DNA of 64,000 bases, taken from Mytilus californianus. Taxonomy: Eukaryota. The DNA lies in the NCBI RefSeq assembly GCF_021869535.1, contig NW_026262668.1, positions 16,244,001 through 16,308,000 on the forward strand, in the 5' to 3' direction. The translations under genes were made by a program, and so were the position numbers. Position 1 is the stretch's first letter. Every line of letters starts with the position of its first letter. This document shows positions 22,701 through 36,500 of the stretch, piece by piece. The notes beneath the pieces are model-generated. The model saw nothing but the letters and a program-made list of their open reading frames with translations. It made no database searches and was not told the origin of the DNA.

Positions 22701-25619
22701 TAAAATTGCTAAATTAGAATAAGAGAGAAAGTCAACAGGCATAATAAAATATTCTTTTAAACCATCTTTTCCATTTTTAAATTTACAGAAAATGCAAACA
22801 GATTTACTTAAAATTTTGGTTAATATTTTATTTTCTATAAACCAGTAGACATTTACATCTACACTATATACATATATCCTGTATCAGATATTTGTAGCTG
22901 AATTGACCAAATGCACTTATTTTTAACCAAATGATATAACTTTATTTGTAGTATATAACTTTTTATAAATATAACATGCCACCAACAGTCATTGTAATAA
23001 TGGACTGTAAATCTCAAAGGGTATCATCCTACAAACAGCCATTTTAATGATATTGTTTTGTAATGACATTGTTTTTGATTTATTTCATACATTTTTAGTA
23101 TTTTTTTTCCAACAACTTTTGATCATTGTAAAGTGAGCTTTTGGATGTATCCTGCTGATATTCAAAATATTAATATTTTCCTAAATTTCATATTTCAAAA
23201 TAGATTATGTGTAAAACAACTAGATTACAAAAAAATGAATATAGGTCTGTAGCTTTCTTTTAGATTCCTGCACCCAAAAAATGTTTTCAGGATTTGCACA
23301 TGAAATGTATGGGAAGAAAGAAATGTATAGAAAAAACATGAGAAAATGCCCAGGGGAGTTACACTATGTTAAAGAAAATTTGAAGACTAATCACACATTC
23401 TTTAATGGGATTGGCTATTCCTTTTTGTTATATTGCTCCCCTTGAATTAATCTATTATGGATTGTCACAACTATTGGCTGTGTGCATTCTGTATGAAAAT
23501 TAATCTAGAAAAAGGCAATAAATCCAGCACAAACTACATTTTAACTTTCATTCAGACCTAATCTTTGTTAAAACTTTAAACAATAGTTACACCATCAAAC
23601 ATGACATTTCTTACAATGAAAAAATACACAGGATGTTAACCAAGAAAAAAATTATACTAACGATGTCTCCCTCCCCCTTTCCTCCAAAATCAAAAAATAT
23701 TGTTTAGATATCACATCTTCATTATAACCATTAAAACAGCAAAACATTGATAACATAAAAACAATAATGTAAAATTAAATTGTATGACATGTCTACAAGT
23801 CTACTCAAATTGCAATGTCTAGCAATTTCATATCACAGCTACTTCAATCTCAGGTTGGTCATTTTTAAAAACAACACTTTGCAAAGTGGTCAAATTTCAA
23901 CTGTAACAATACAATACCAATCATTTCATAAAATTTTAAATAAACTGACTAGCTGCCAAAAAAACACCACTTCAAAGTCAGATACGAAAGGAACTAGTGT
24001 GTGGTTTTTTTTTTATAAATAACCACATATAGAGTGTAAAACATCTTACTTTCACTACTGTACAAACAATTAATAACAAAACTCTCAATATTTTATGGAA
24101 AACAAATAGTAACATATCATTATAATATTTAATATGACATTGAGGCTTCATGAGAAGCAAAAATGAATGTCAAGAAAACTGCTGAAATAAGAAAAGATTG
24201 ATTGATTGATGTTTTATGCCACTTTCAGCACTATTGATTACATGATGACATTCAGTTTTTATTGGTTATTGAAGCTGGAGTGCCTGGAGAGATCCACTGA
24301 ACTTCATCAGGAAAACTGACAATCCTAGTCAATTGAGATTAGAGTCAAATTGTTATACATTTCATGTCTGTCTACTTCTACACTGTCATGTCAGCTTTTG
24401 TCAACAAAAGTATCCCAGTCCTTAACTTGACACCTTATATCAGGTTATTGTCTCCGTTTAGGGTTTAGAAGGGGCTGTTAAATCTATGGCTATTTAAATT
24501 ATCTTTTCAATTTTTGGCCTTTGAAGGGGACAGATTAATCTTTGGCTGTATTGGGTTATTTTTTTTCTGTTAGGTCTTAAAAGGGGGCAGTAAAATCTTT
24601 GGCTGTATTTGGCTATTTTTTCCGTTTTGGCCTTAGGAAGAGACAATCAAATTTTTGGCTAATATCAGAGTTTTTTTTTTATAATTTAAGCCTTAGAGGG
24701 TGTTATTAATTCTTTGGCAAGTTCATTGTTTGTATGTTACTTCCTTATGCATTTGTATTTAAATGCTTAATGAAATATTTATGAAGTGTAAATTCAACAG
24801 TAAATATTCTACTCTGAACAGAGCGAATTACACATTCACAAAAATTCCTGATTTAGGATTTTATCGTCAATTTGTACATTGTCATAATATATTTTTAGAT
24901 CATGGATAGGATCTGATACTTAAAAATATTAGGCAATGACGTCAAATAAGAGTGCATCAACTTCATATGCTCATGTCCATCCAACACCTTAAGGTAAAAA
25001 TAAATTATTTAAATGCCCAAAAAGGCGCAAGCCAGGGCCAACCGTGCAAGACCCTCATGAATAGTCAAGGTCGTTAAAAACCACCCTCGTCGTCGTCATG
25101 TCCATCGGTGTCAATCTATCAATGAAATGCATGCCAATTCATATATACATCAGAACATCATTATAATAGTTCACCAACTTAATATTCTGATCAAGTCAGT
25201 ATCAAAAACAAAAATGTATGGGTCAAATATTTCTCCTGTTTTATTATCATGGTCTCATAATCAATACTGAACCTTACCAAGCCATCAATCAATCGATTAA
25301 CCATAATTAGCTTTCCTAATTTTTCATGTATTTTAAATATCCGATATGGTCAGTTTAGAAATAGGAGATACTAGCTTTCTATATTTTTAACATACAATAT
25401 ACTTCAATCTTTTTTATTTAAAATAGTTTGAAAGTTTTTTTTAAATATGGAAATTAAGCCTATTTTCAGGATATTTCATGAAAATTTTTAAGTCACATTT
25501 AATATATTTAAAGGTATCACTTTTATAAAGCTCTTTCATTTTATGAATTGACAGTTTCATAACCTGCAGCACTGAACAAGAGGTAAATTGAATGTTAGAA
25601 CAAGCTTAGCCAGTATTAG

Positions 25620-26374
25620 AAAAGTCTTGTTTTTGGCCCCTATTTGGCCTCTTGTTTCTTAACGATTAAAGCCACAACCCACAAAATCGACCCCCAACCA
25701 TCAGTGTGTGGTAGGAACCTTGTGGTACAATTTCATAGAGATCCATTGACTAATACTTAAGTATTTGTCTGGAAACCTGAAAAACCTTGTTCCTCCTTCC
25801 CCCCCACCCCACCCCACCCCCCCCCCCCCCCTTTTTGCCCCTTATTCCTGAACGGTTTGAGCCGTAACCCCCGAAGTCAAACCAAACCTTCCCTTTGTGT
25901 TATGGAACCTTGTGTTTCAATTTCATAGAGATCCATAGACTAATAGTTAAGAAATTGTCCATTAACCAGAAAAACCTTGTTTTCCCCCCTTTTTTTGCCC
26001 CTAATTCCTGAACGGTTTGGATCATAACCCCAAAGTCAATCCCAACCTTCCCTTTGTGGTATGGAACCTTGTGGTACAATTTCATAGAGATCCATACACT
26101 TATACACAAGTTATTGTCCGGAAACTAGAAAAATGCCTTTTTTGGCCCCTTTTTGACCCCTAATTCCTAAACAGTTGGGACCATAACCCCCAAAATCAAT
26201 CCTAACCTTTCTTTTGTGCTATTGAATCTTGTGATTAAAATAGAGATCCATTCACTTATACTAAAGTTATTGTCTGGAAACCAGATGTCTTCGGCCATGA
26301 CGACGACAACGGCGGCGACATGATCATGATGATAGCAATATACGAACGCAAATTTTTTGCGGTCGTATAAAAAA
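25620..26374 (+). mobile_element. HINE-like element with ~157-bp tandem core, (ACG)n/(GGC)n tract and 3' hairpin
   Basis: About 4 units; ends tatacgaacgca-aatttt-ttgcggtcgtata plus A-run. Confidence 0.7.
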
Positions 26375-27437
26375 GATAATGAATTATCTACTGTAATGAT
26401 GTTTACAGCATATGACATATTTATAGGGTAAATACAACGAAATTAAAACATTTAGTTCAAAAAAATATTTAGTCATATCTTTACCCTTTCATCAATATTC
26501 ATGTGACTGAAATACATTCATGCCATAAATGCTCAAAAATTTTCATTTATTCAGCACAGTGAAAAAAATATGACAGAAAATATCCAACAGATATATTATT
26601 CCAGGAAAAATATCAATGGATATATTGTTCCAGCAAAAAAATGTTGATGGACAATTACATTTTGAGCTTGAAGATTTTTCAATATAATATACAAAAATAA
26701 TTTCAAAACATATAAATACTTCTTGTACTTTTTTGACAAAGGAAAGTTAAAAGTATTCTAAAAACATCTGATTGCAAAATAATAATAAAGTCATTGTAAT
26801 TTTTTTTTAACATGAAGAATAAATAAACACTAGCGATGAAAAAACTTTAATTTCAGCTACAAATTTTTAAATTGATAAAGTTAATACTTTGAATTCACTT
26901 TTTATCTATTTTCTAAGTTTGTTGACAAGTATTCTAAAAAAATTGAATGGAATTTTTCTAATTAATTGCATTGTTAACATATAAATTTCAAATATCATGT
27001 AAAATCAATATTGATTATAAAACAAGGCCTAATCTTTGGGCGGCTGACTGCATAAAGTGTAATTGTTTACAAATCAATTAAAAAAATTTCAAAGAAAAAT
27101 TGAAATTGAATACAATACACCCATCACCAATCTTAAAAATCTATTAAATAATTATAAAAAAGCTTACTAAAATGACTAATACATTGAAAAAAATACTGGA
27201 TTATTTTGTAAAATCACAGACTGTTGTAGTCAAGTATTTAACTATTTGAAATTATTTAATACCACATAAAAAAAAATCTTTCTTTGTACTTAAATTTAAA
27301 CCATGACTTTTCTGAAACTTTGACAGAAAATGATTTGTATACCAAAAATATATCAAGTATATAAACTTTTGATTATAATAATAATTACTGACAATAGCTA
27401 ACAAAGTACAATAAAGCCTTGTATATTCTGTTACTGT

Positions 27438-27584
27438 TCAGTTACTCTTTCCAAAACAAGCCAGGAGGATCAAGAAGAGATAGACTATATCAATATATAG
27501 CTGTAAGGCTCCATACACGTACTCCTCTGGAGAAAGCTCATGTTTCTTGCCACCTACCACCATCTGGGTGTCATACACAAGGAA
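27438..27584 (-). CDS. Lifeguard terminal coding exon (FLVYDTQMVVGGKKHELSPEEYVYGALQLYIDIVYLFLILLACFGKSN*)
   Basis: ttttcag| acceptor; matches the C-terminal 48 aa of ORF 27438-27689. Confidence 0.95.
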   Translation of the reverse strand, partial: FLVYDTQMVVGGKKHELSPEEYVYGALQLYIDIVYLFLILLACFGKSN

Positions 27585-30500
27585 CTGAAAATATGACAAA
27601 TTAATTAATAAGCAAAGAGCATGGTACATAGCACTAGGGGAAAAGATGGCTTTTGTTTCCCTGGCAATGATGTCAGATTTTTTTCCCAAAATTAATCAAA
27701 CTACACATCTATTCCTCTTTACAGAATAAAGATATTCCATATATTTATGATGGCTCAATCAAAATATGATTCTTTCAAAATAGTTCCTTACCAGTCTGCA
27801 TCTCTTTATAATATAGGTAACCTTGTGCAAGTAACAGTGGTATGTTGATAGTATTAATTTTAAATGTCTCCAGGGGGGCCATAGAAAAATTACAACATCC
27901 TCTTCTAAATTCTTATACACAAATTTTAGGTAAGCTTTAGCTCAAGATCAACTTCTTACACCTAATACTTTACCATATTTCAATAGATACTGGATAACTC
28001 AAATTAAAACAATGTAATATGCATAAAACTTTTCAAAGAGACATGTATAAACCAGTGAAATCACTTCAAACTAAATATTTTTATGACTTTTGTTTTTGTG
28101 ACTCTTGACACAAGCAGGAAGTTATCTAAGTGACTGTGTTTCCAGATTGGACTTATAGTGATTAGGTGTAGATGTCAAACTCTAAATTGTCCCGAGTCTG
28201 TAAAGAAATGAATAACTCAAGAAGAAACAATCAAAGAATTGACTTCAAGACCAAATTTTCCATATAATAAAAATAATAAAATAAGATATGACACAAGACA
28301 ACCACAGATTAGATTCCTGACTGGACCTTTCTCATATGTTGTGAGAGGAGTTCAAGGACATGCCCCATGGTTTGCATGAAAATTCCTACACCAATGACCA
28401 TTAGTCAATGAAAAAATAAGGAGATGTGATACGATTTTCAATTAGACAACTATCATGCTTATTATTTTTTTCTGGGACATTAAGTTGCGAAAATCTATTT
28501 GCCCTTTTGTACACCATTGATTCCTACATTTTGTGTTGCAGAATACCCATTATCCTTCTGTCTTGTGCCAAATCCTCTGGATTTGAAACCCACACAGTTA
28601 ACAGAAGAGTAAATGAGTTTCCAATAACTTGTAATATATTTTTGTTTTAATAAGAAAGAAAGAAGTGGATTTTCAAAGGTCCTGTAAATGCCACTGACCC
28701 AAAGATGAAAGAAATTTTTAGGTAGTTGCCTGTCTAGTATTTTCATAAGTCAACAGTTTTCTCATAATGAGTAATATATAACAAATTTAAGTGGCCCACG
28801 TGATAATAAAGGGGCTATGAGCAGCTGGGCCCCTGTTATTTACATCCCTGTGACCACATCTGGTCATTAGAATAAATATCTTACCAGACTGAAAACTAGT
28901 GCAGCAAGTCCACCATAGACACAGTCCATTATCTGAAATTAATAAACACTTAAAAATATTATCCCTGTCGTCTATTTTTTTCATTCGAACAATACAAAAT
29001 GAGATGCTTTTATAAAGAACCCTACATATATTATTCCTGACAAATTTTGTGCAAATTGCCCTGGTTCCAAGAAGATATTGAAAATATCTACTAAAACAAT
29101 AAAAAAACAACAGATAAACAGATTCAAAGTGATAAATATTGCTATTATGGCCCTTTGAGAGAGGAGAGCTCAAAAGGCTCAGCATTGACCAATTTGGAAT
29201 TAATCAAACAAGAAGAATAATAAAAAGCCTTACCCTCCATGCAAAAACATCGGCTGGGAAAACAAAATAAAATATCAGGCAGGACCATCCAAATAAGATC
29301 AGTACCATCAACAAGGCAAACAACAGACCACTGCACATAGTGAAGTCAACCTAAAAATAAAATAAAATTAGTTACATATAACAGAACAACCTTAAGAAGT
29401 GTATTCCTAATATGTCCAAATGTATGCTTCATTGTTACAAGATTTTTGCTTGAAGTATCATCTAAAACACCTTTAATCACCAATTTTGGTTTATTTTTAG
29501 CATATGTAACCTTAAACCTCTACACAATAATAAACTTAGTGACATTTAGCAAAGATGATAGATTGCAGAAGTTATACAATCATCACACAGCCATTTGAAC
29601 TATAGGCTTTTAGAAGCCTGAATTGCTCACCAAATAAAACATGTCATATTGATATTTATTTCCAACTTTAACATGATTATAATTAAGACATAAATTTTGA
29701 ATTTTCACCTATACAGCTTTTTAGGCCATACATGTAAAAATGTATATTAATCATTTTTTCCCTCAGAGCCAGAACCACAATCTAATAAAAAGTCTCCCCC
29801 CTCCCAACAAAAATCAAATTCCCTCCACATAGCAGTCATCACAATATTTGTAGACCTTATTTTGCTTGTTTATCAATTTTCCTGTTTACAGTATCATTCT
29901 ATACATTATTGTAATGAAGGTAAGGTAAAAAAAATTTCATGAAATCATGATTAAAGGGCAGTAACTCCAAAAAGAAATCATCTGACAAATTAGATAGGGA
30001 GAACATTTCAGTAGATCTTGACTTTCTAATTTTTCGCCCTGTCAGAATCTCCATGTCTACTACAGTTTTCAAAATATAAGACAATCATTTGCAGTTTACT
30101 CCTATCTTTTTTTTTAATAATGGCAGCCAAGATAAATGACAGAACAAAATACAATTTAGAGTAAGGGTCAGTCATATTGACTCAAGATTGGTTTAAATTG
30201 GATTTATAGTTTCTGGGGTCGAGATCACAAAACAAAAATGCTAATAATGGGTGAAATAGTCAATTGAGGGTTAATACCACCAAAACGTTCCAAATGGTTT
30301 TATATGAAAACGGGTCGAAAAAACTATTCCCTTGAATTTGACAGTTGTAGGAAATTAACCCAGCAAAATTATTGTAGAACAAAAAATCTGAGTCATAAAC
30401 ATATTTATATTAGGTGATTCAAGGCAGTACTCTTTTTTTATTTGGTTTGTCTATAAAATATTTTGGAAACTTGAGGTTACATGGTTACTAAAGCTTGTAA

Positions 30501-33500
30501 ACAGGAAAAACGGGTTAAAAATTTTGTTTGGTTAATTTCCAGTGATGGTTTTTATCTTATATGCAATGAAATGTTATTTGAAATTTTGACTGTTGTACTG
30601 GACAGGATAAAACTTTACTCATGATAATATTTTTTTTTATTTGAAACAAAGATAAATTCTGCATAATTTTTTGAAAAATGACAATTTAACAAAGACTAAT
30701 AGGCAACTAGGGGAAAAACAATGGTGTTATTACTCCTAGACATGGTATTACTCCTAGACAATTTCTGTTTTTAACTTATTTGTATAGCATGCCTTAAGGT
30801 AGCAAAAGTGCCAAAACAGTAAATTGAGAAAAATTGTTTCAGAACAGATTTTTTGAAAGGTTTATGATGACAATGAATACCAAGTGATGACAATAGTTCA
30901 TATGATCCAAATGGTCTAGTGAAGCTTAAAAGAAGTTCCATAACTGTGCCATCTACATTTTTTAACATGGATTGAGGAGAAAAAGATCTGTTTTGGATAG
31001 CTAAAGAGTATGTTTATTAATTCATGTTAATATTACACGAATGAAATTACATGTATATAAAAATAAGAATGTGTCCATAGAAAACAGATGCCCCACTGGC
31101 ACTATCATTTTCTATGTTCAGTGGACCATGAAATTGTAAGTGGGGCATAAAAATAAAAACAAGATATGTGAACTGCAAATTTACTATAGATTTGACTTTG
31201 TACTTCTGTTTTACCAAACTAGCCATATCTTACCTTGGTCTGGATGGCAAACAGAGATAAGGCCAGACAAACAAGGCATGTTACTCCTGCTGCCACAAAT
31301 ACAATGGTTGTGTCATAAAAACTACAATAAATAATAAAAGATAAGTCTGTTTAGCAGTACATATCTAATGTATGATACACAGTATCTTCCCGATTGTCCC
31401 ACTTTTTAAAATAACAGGTAAAAAAGTGATGAAATTTTGTGGGACAATCTGGAACATGTTTGTGGGACAATTGGGAAGTTTAAATATGGGACAATCGGGA
31501 ATTGTTTTGATAGTGATTAATTTAATTGTTTTTACTGTGCGAAGCAGGTAATTGCAGGTAAATAATCAATATAGCTTATAAAAATTTTTTAAAGATTAAG
31601 ATGTGTTAAGAGAAATACAAAGATAGAGTAATTTTACATGTTACAAAATTTCAATATGATACACAGCCTCAACATGACTGACTAGCAAATATTTTCCACA
31701 CTTTTAAATATCTACACCTCCTTCATTTTAAGAAACATTTGACTTTGTTGTTATAAATGATATTCATCCTTCTTTGGCTTTCCAAAGCTGTCTGTGCTGA
31801 TTAACCCCAAAAAATACAAGTTGCAACAAATTTGATATTTGTGATAAGTTCTTGCAAAAGAAATGCATAAATCATTGTTCTGATGGGGATGTGTATATAT
31901 TTAACTCATTACTTTACATAAAAAGATTAAAGGTACATGTATTTCTTAGATTTTAAAAAACTCCTAAACTTCAAGCATGTGTTCAGGCATTGTATCAGGT
32001 TTTTAGGTTGAAATTATTCATCTTAACATTGAGCAGCTGAGAAAAATAATCAAACACTACAAGGAATGTAAGACCTCAAATAATCAGACACACATGTTTG
32101 GTGTGATATCTGAACTTTGACATGTTTTGTCAGAGACTTTAATAACAGGGTAAAAAAATATTAAATAGTATTGTGATAATAAGATACTGAACCTGCTGAT
32201 TGTTCCAACCATGTAAGAAAATGCCAAGGTCTGCAAAAAAAACAAGAATGTCATTCTTTAGTACTAATACCGTGGATTCATTATTTTTCGTGAGATACCA
32301 ATTTCCATGGATTTTTGTGGGTAAAGGCAAACCAAAAACTTAAATGTTCAACAAAATACACATTTTCAATAGGCTTTGATAGATTGACAAAACTAAGAAA
32401 ACTAATATCCTGAAAAATTTAATTTTTCCTCAATCCACGAAAATTAGTATACACAAAAATAAATGATTCCACAGTATATAGAAGTCTAATATTATCAAAA
32501 TTGATGATACATGTTATAATACATCAGAAAAACTTTCTTTATAATATAAACTGGTCTAGGGACTAAGGGTTAGTGATACCTACCTTTTGTTAAGGAGTGA
32601 CTAATTCAATGTCTAAGCATGAGAAACAGACTGTAAATTCAGAAAATTTTGTTGGCATTTACTCATGCGATTGTTAAACAATGAACAAAAATGTGAGATT
32701 TATTATTTCAATTTCAGAAAAGTTACATAAAAATAATGCTATTTTTTGGGGATCTTGCAAAACCTATACAATTTTCACTATAATAAAAACATTGAAAAAT
32801 TTCTAAATGTAGTTACATTTGTAATTAAAATAATTCTTATAATAACTTGACAATTTAAAGAATATGAGTAATTATTCATACAGGATCTGAAAAAGTTTTC
32901 TTGCATTTCATTTAGTAGTTAACTTGAAGTGTGCACATGACAACTTCAACTAGTAAAACAGACAAGAAAAACTTTGCGAATGTTTTAATGTAAATAATTT
33001 CAAATGTTTTATCCACAGCAAATTATACTTACAAAAACTGCCAAGCATATAAAGTTTCCTGGAAACTTCCGTCTCACCGAAGGGATGCACACTAGCACTA
33101 TGTAAGTCACAAGGAAAGTACCACTGTAATAAAATCATAAACCATTTTTTTTAACTGCTTAAAAAAACAAGAGTGCACACGCTGAAATGTCTCGCCTTCT
33201 TTACTAATCATTGATATTATGTTGATAGTCCTAAATATAAAGCTTTATTACAACTGTCACATAAACTTAACATTAACCAAGTAAACTAAACATTGACCAA
33301 TGAACCATGAAAATGAGGTCAAGGTCAGATGAACCATGCTAGGCAGGCATGTACAGCTAACAATTCTTCCATACAACAAATATAGTTGACCTATTGCTTA
33401 TAGTTTAAGAAAAACAGACGAAAACACAAAAACTTAACACTGAGCAATGAACCTTGAAAATGAGGTCAAGGTCAAATAAAACCTGCGTAACTGACATATA

Positions 33501-36500
33501 GATCATAAAATATAAAATATACACCAAATATAGTTGAACTATTGCATATAGTATTAGAAAAAAAGACCAAAACTCAAAAACTTAACTTTGACCACTGAAC
33601 CATGAAAATGAGGTCAAGGTAAGATGACACCTGCCAGCTAGACATGTACACCTTACAATCATTCCATACACCAAATATAGCTGACCTATTGCATGCAGTA
33701 TTAGAAAGAAAGACCAAAACTCAAAAACTTAACTTTGACCACTGAACCATGAAAATGAGGTCAAGGTCAGATGACACCTGCCAGCTAGACATGTACACCT
33801 TACAATCATTCCATACACCAAATATAGTAGACCTATTGCATACAGTATAAGAAAAACAGACCAAAACACAAAAACTTAACTATAACCACTGAACCATGGA
33901 AATGAGGTCAAGGTCAGATGGCACCTGCCAGTTGGACATGTACACCTTACAGTCCTTCCATACACCGAATATACTAGACCTATTGCTTAGAGTATCTGAG
34001 ATATGGACTTGACCACGAAAACTTAACCTTGTTCACTGATCCATGAAATGAGGTCGAGGTCAAGTGAAAACTGTCTGACGGGCATGAGGACCTTGCAAGG
34101 TACGCACATACCAAATATAGTTATCCTATTACTTATAATAAGAGAGAATTTAACATTACAAAAAATCTTAACTTTTTTTTCAAGTAGTCACTGAACCATG
34201 AAAATGAGGTCAAGGACATTGGACATGTGACTGACGGAAACTTCGTAACATGAGGCATCCATATACAAAGTATGAAGCATCCAGGTCTTCCACCTTCTAA
34301 AATATAAAGCTTTTAAGAAGTTAGCTAACGCCGCCGCCGCCGCCGGATCACTATCCCTATGTCGAGCTTTCTGCGACAAAAGTCGCAGGCTCGACAATAT
34401 CAAAACTATGTTCTAATTTCACTTTTCATTGTTCTATTTTTATAACACTAACCATGCTAACTAATTCCACTTTTATTATTTTATCTATCTTTCTAAGGTT
34501 TATATGCATGTTCTATGAGATATCATTTTTAAACCACTAAATTTATACTTTATCATATCTATTCATACAATTTCTGGATACAGACACATATCTAAGAGGC
34601 AAACCATGAAGACCCAGTCTGACCCTGTAATTCAGTGGTTGTAGTTTGTTGCTGTATATTATATTTGTTTTCCATTAATTGTTTTGAACATAAATCAAGC
34701 CATTAGTTTTCCTCCTTTGAACTGTTTCACATTTGTCATTTCAGGGCCATTAATAGCTTAGTATGTGGTATGGGTTTTTCTCATTGTTGAAGGCTGTATG
34801 GTGATCTTAAGTTGCCAACCTTCTACGTTATTTGGTGTCTGATTGAGAGTTGTCTCATAGGCGATCATGTCAAATCCTTTTATTCTTATATTTCAACTTG
34901 GGTTGCTGTCTTTACCTTTCTAATTATTTTCAGTTGAATAAAAATTCATGAAAACACTTCAATATATGCAAAACACTGAAAGCACAATAACTTTCCATAT
35001 ATATATATATATATATTTATATATATTGTATCAGATATCCTTGTTTAATTCCTACGAGAAGGTAACACCTCCCGAAACGAAAGCTGATTTTTATCAGCTA
35101 TAGTTAGAGGAGGGGATAAGGTGTCTGCGCATTGCTAGGTGGTGTTGTCGTAGAAGTTAGAAATAAAAAGTACAGGTTCCAGCCCCGCTCGCGGAAGAAG
35201 TAAAGAAACAGATCTACTCTAACATCATTACGTTGATTTTCTAGGCACTTTATGTATATATATATATATATAATATATATATATATACAAGTCTAAATTG
35301 AAAACAACGTTCAAACCTATGATTGCGTTGGATAAAAACCACAATTTTTATATGTGTGCATGCAAAACAAATTTCTCGGTGGAGGGGTCTTAATACAGCA
35401 CAAACAAGTATATTTTAACAAATATGTATATGTGACTCAGTGTATTGTATTCTTTAACTTGTATTTGCATCAGTGCATTCATTTTCTTGCAATTTTCTTT
35501 GTTTTATTTGTACAGAAAATTAAGGGCATTTGTTGCAATATCTTTTAACATTAAAATACACTTTCTATAATGAAGTTTTTGGTAGGTAAATTTTTTCAGG
35601 CTTGTAGGTTGTTCATTGAGAAAACAGATACTTTATTTTAACTTTCCCAAATTTTTAAATTTTTCACCTATTTTTTTTAATTAATATACAAATGTAAATT
35701 CTAATTTTCCTTATAAACATGTATCATAAATGTCTACATTTGAGAAATAGATAATTTCTTACTTAGTAGTAAATACAAGCAAGTTTCATGTGTCATAAAT
35801 TCAATGGCAATCGTTCTGTATCAGGGATCCATAAGGATATTGATATCAGGTCACAATGTACAGGCTATATCAAACCTCAAAATCTGTCAAAACATCTGTT
35901 TGAAGTACATAATAATGTTTAAATGATAGGGCTTGCTCAATATCGCACAAGGCATCACCCCTCAACCTTTATAATATCTCCAACAGAGCTCGAGGGGACT
36001 ATATTGATGTCTAGGGTTGATACGGTTATGATATTGAAAAAGCCATACGGTATTCTCCAGGAAGTAAGGAAGCAAGTAAATTTTATCTAAAGTAAACAAT
36101 AACAATGAAACATGAGCTCTGATGAGCTCTTCAACTGACTAACTAATGGACGCCAACTATAATCCTCTGATTAATGATGTTGGAGTCACAGGTTGATACA
36201 GGTGTGATATTGAGAGAGCCCTATACTATTATCTATATATACAGGTGTGATATTGAGAGAGCCCTATTCTATTATCTATATATACAGGTGTGATATTGAG
36301 AAAGCCCTATACTATTATCTATATATACAGGTGTGATATTGAGAGAGCCCTATAATCTTATTTATCCCCGGCTCAGTATATTTCTCCGATTTTGATTGGC
36401 TAACATACCTACGGTAGTTAAAAAACCCATAGCCCCGGGTGTTGCTAACCCATATACCCAGACATTGCTATCCATTACCACGGGGAACTGCACACGCCTT

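Noticed and set aside
27585-27689. N-terminal part of ORF 27438-27689
   Set aside because: Intronic; family similarity starts exactly at the acceptor (FQ|FLVYDTQ)
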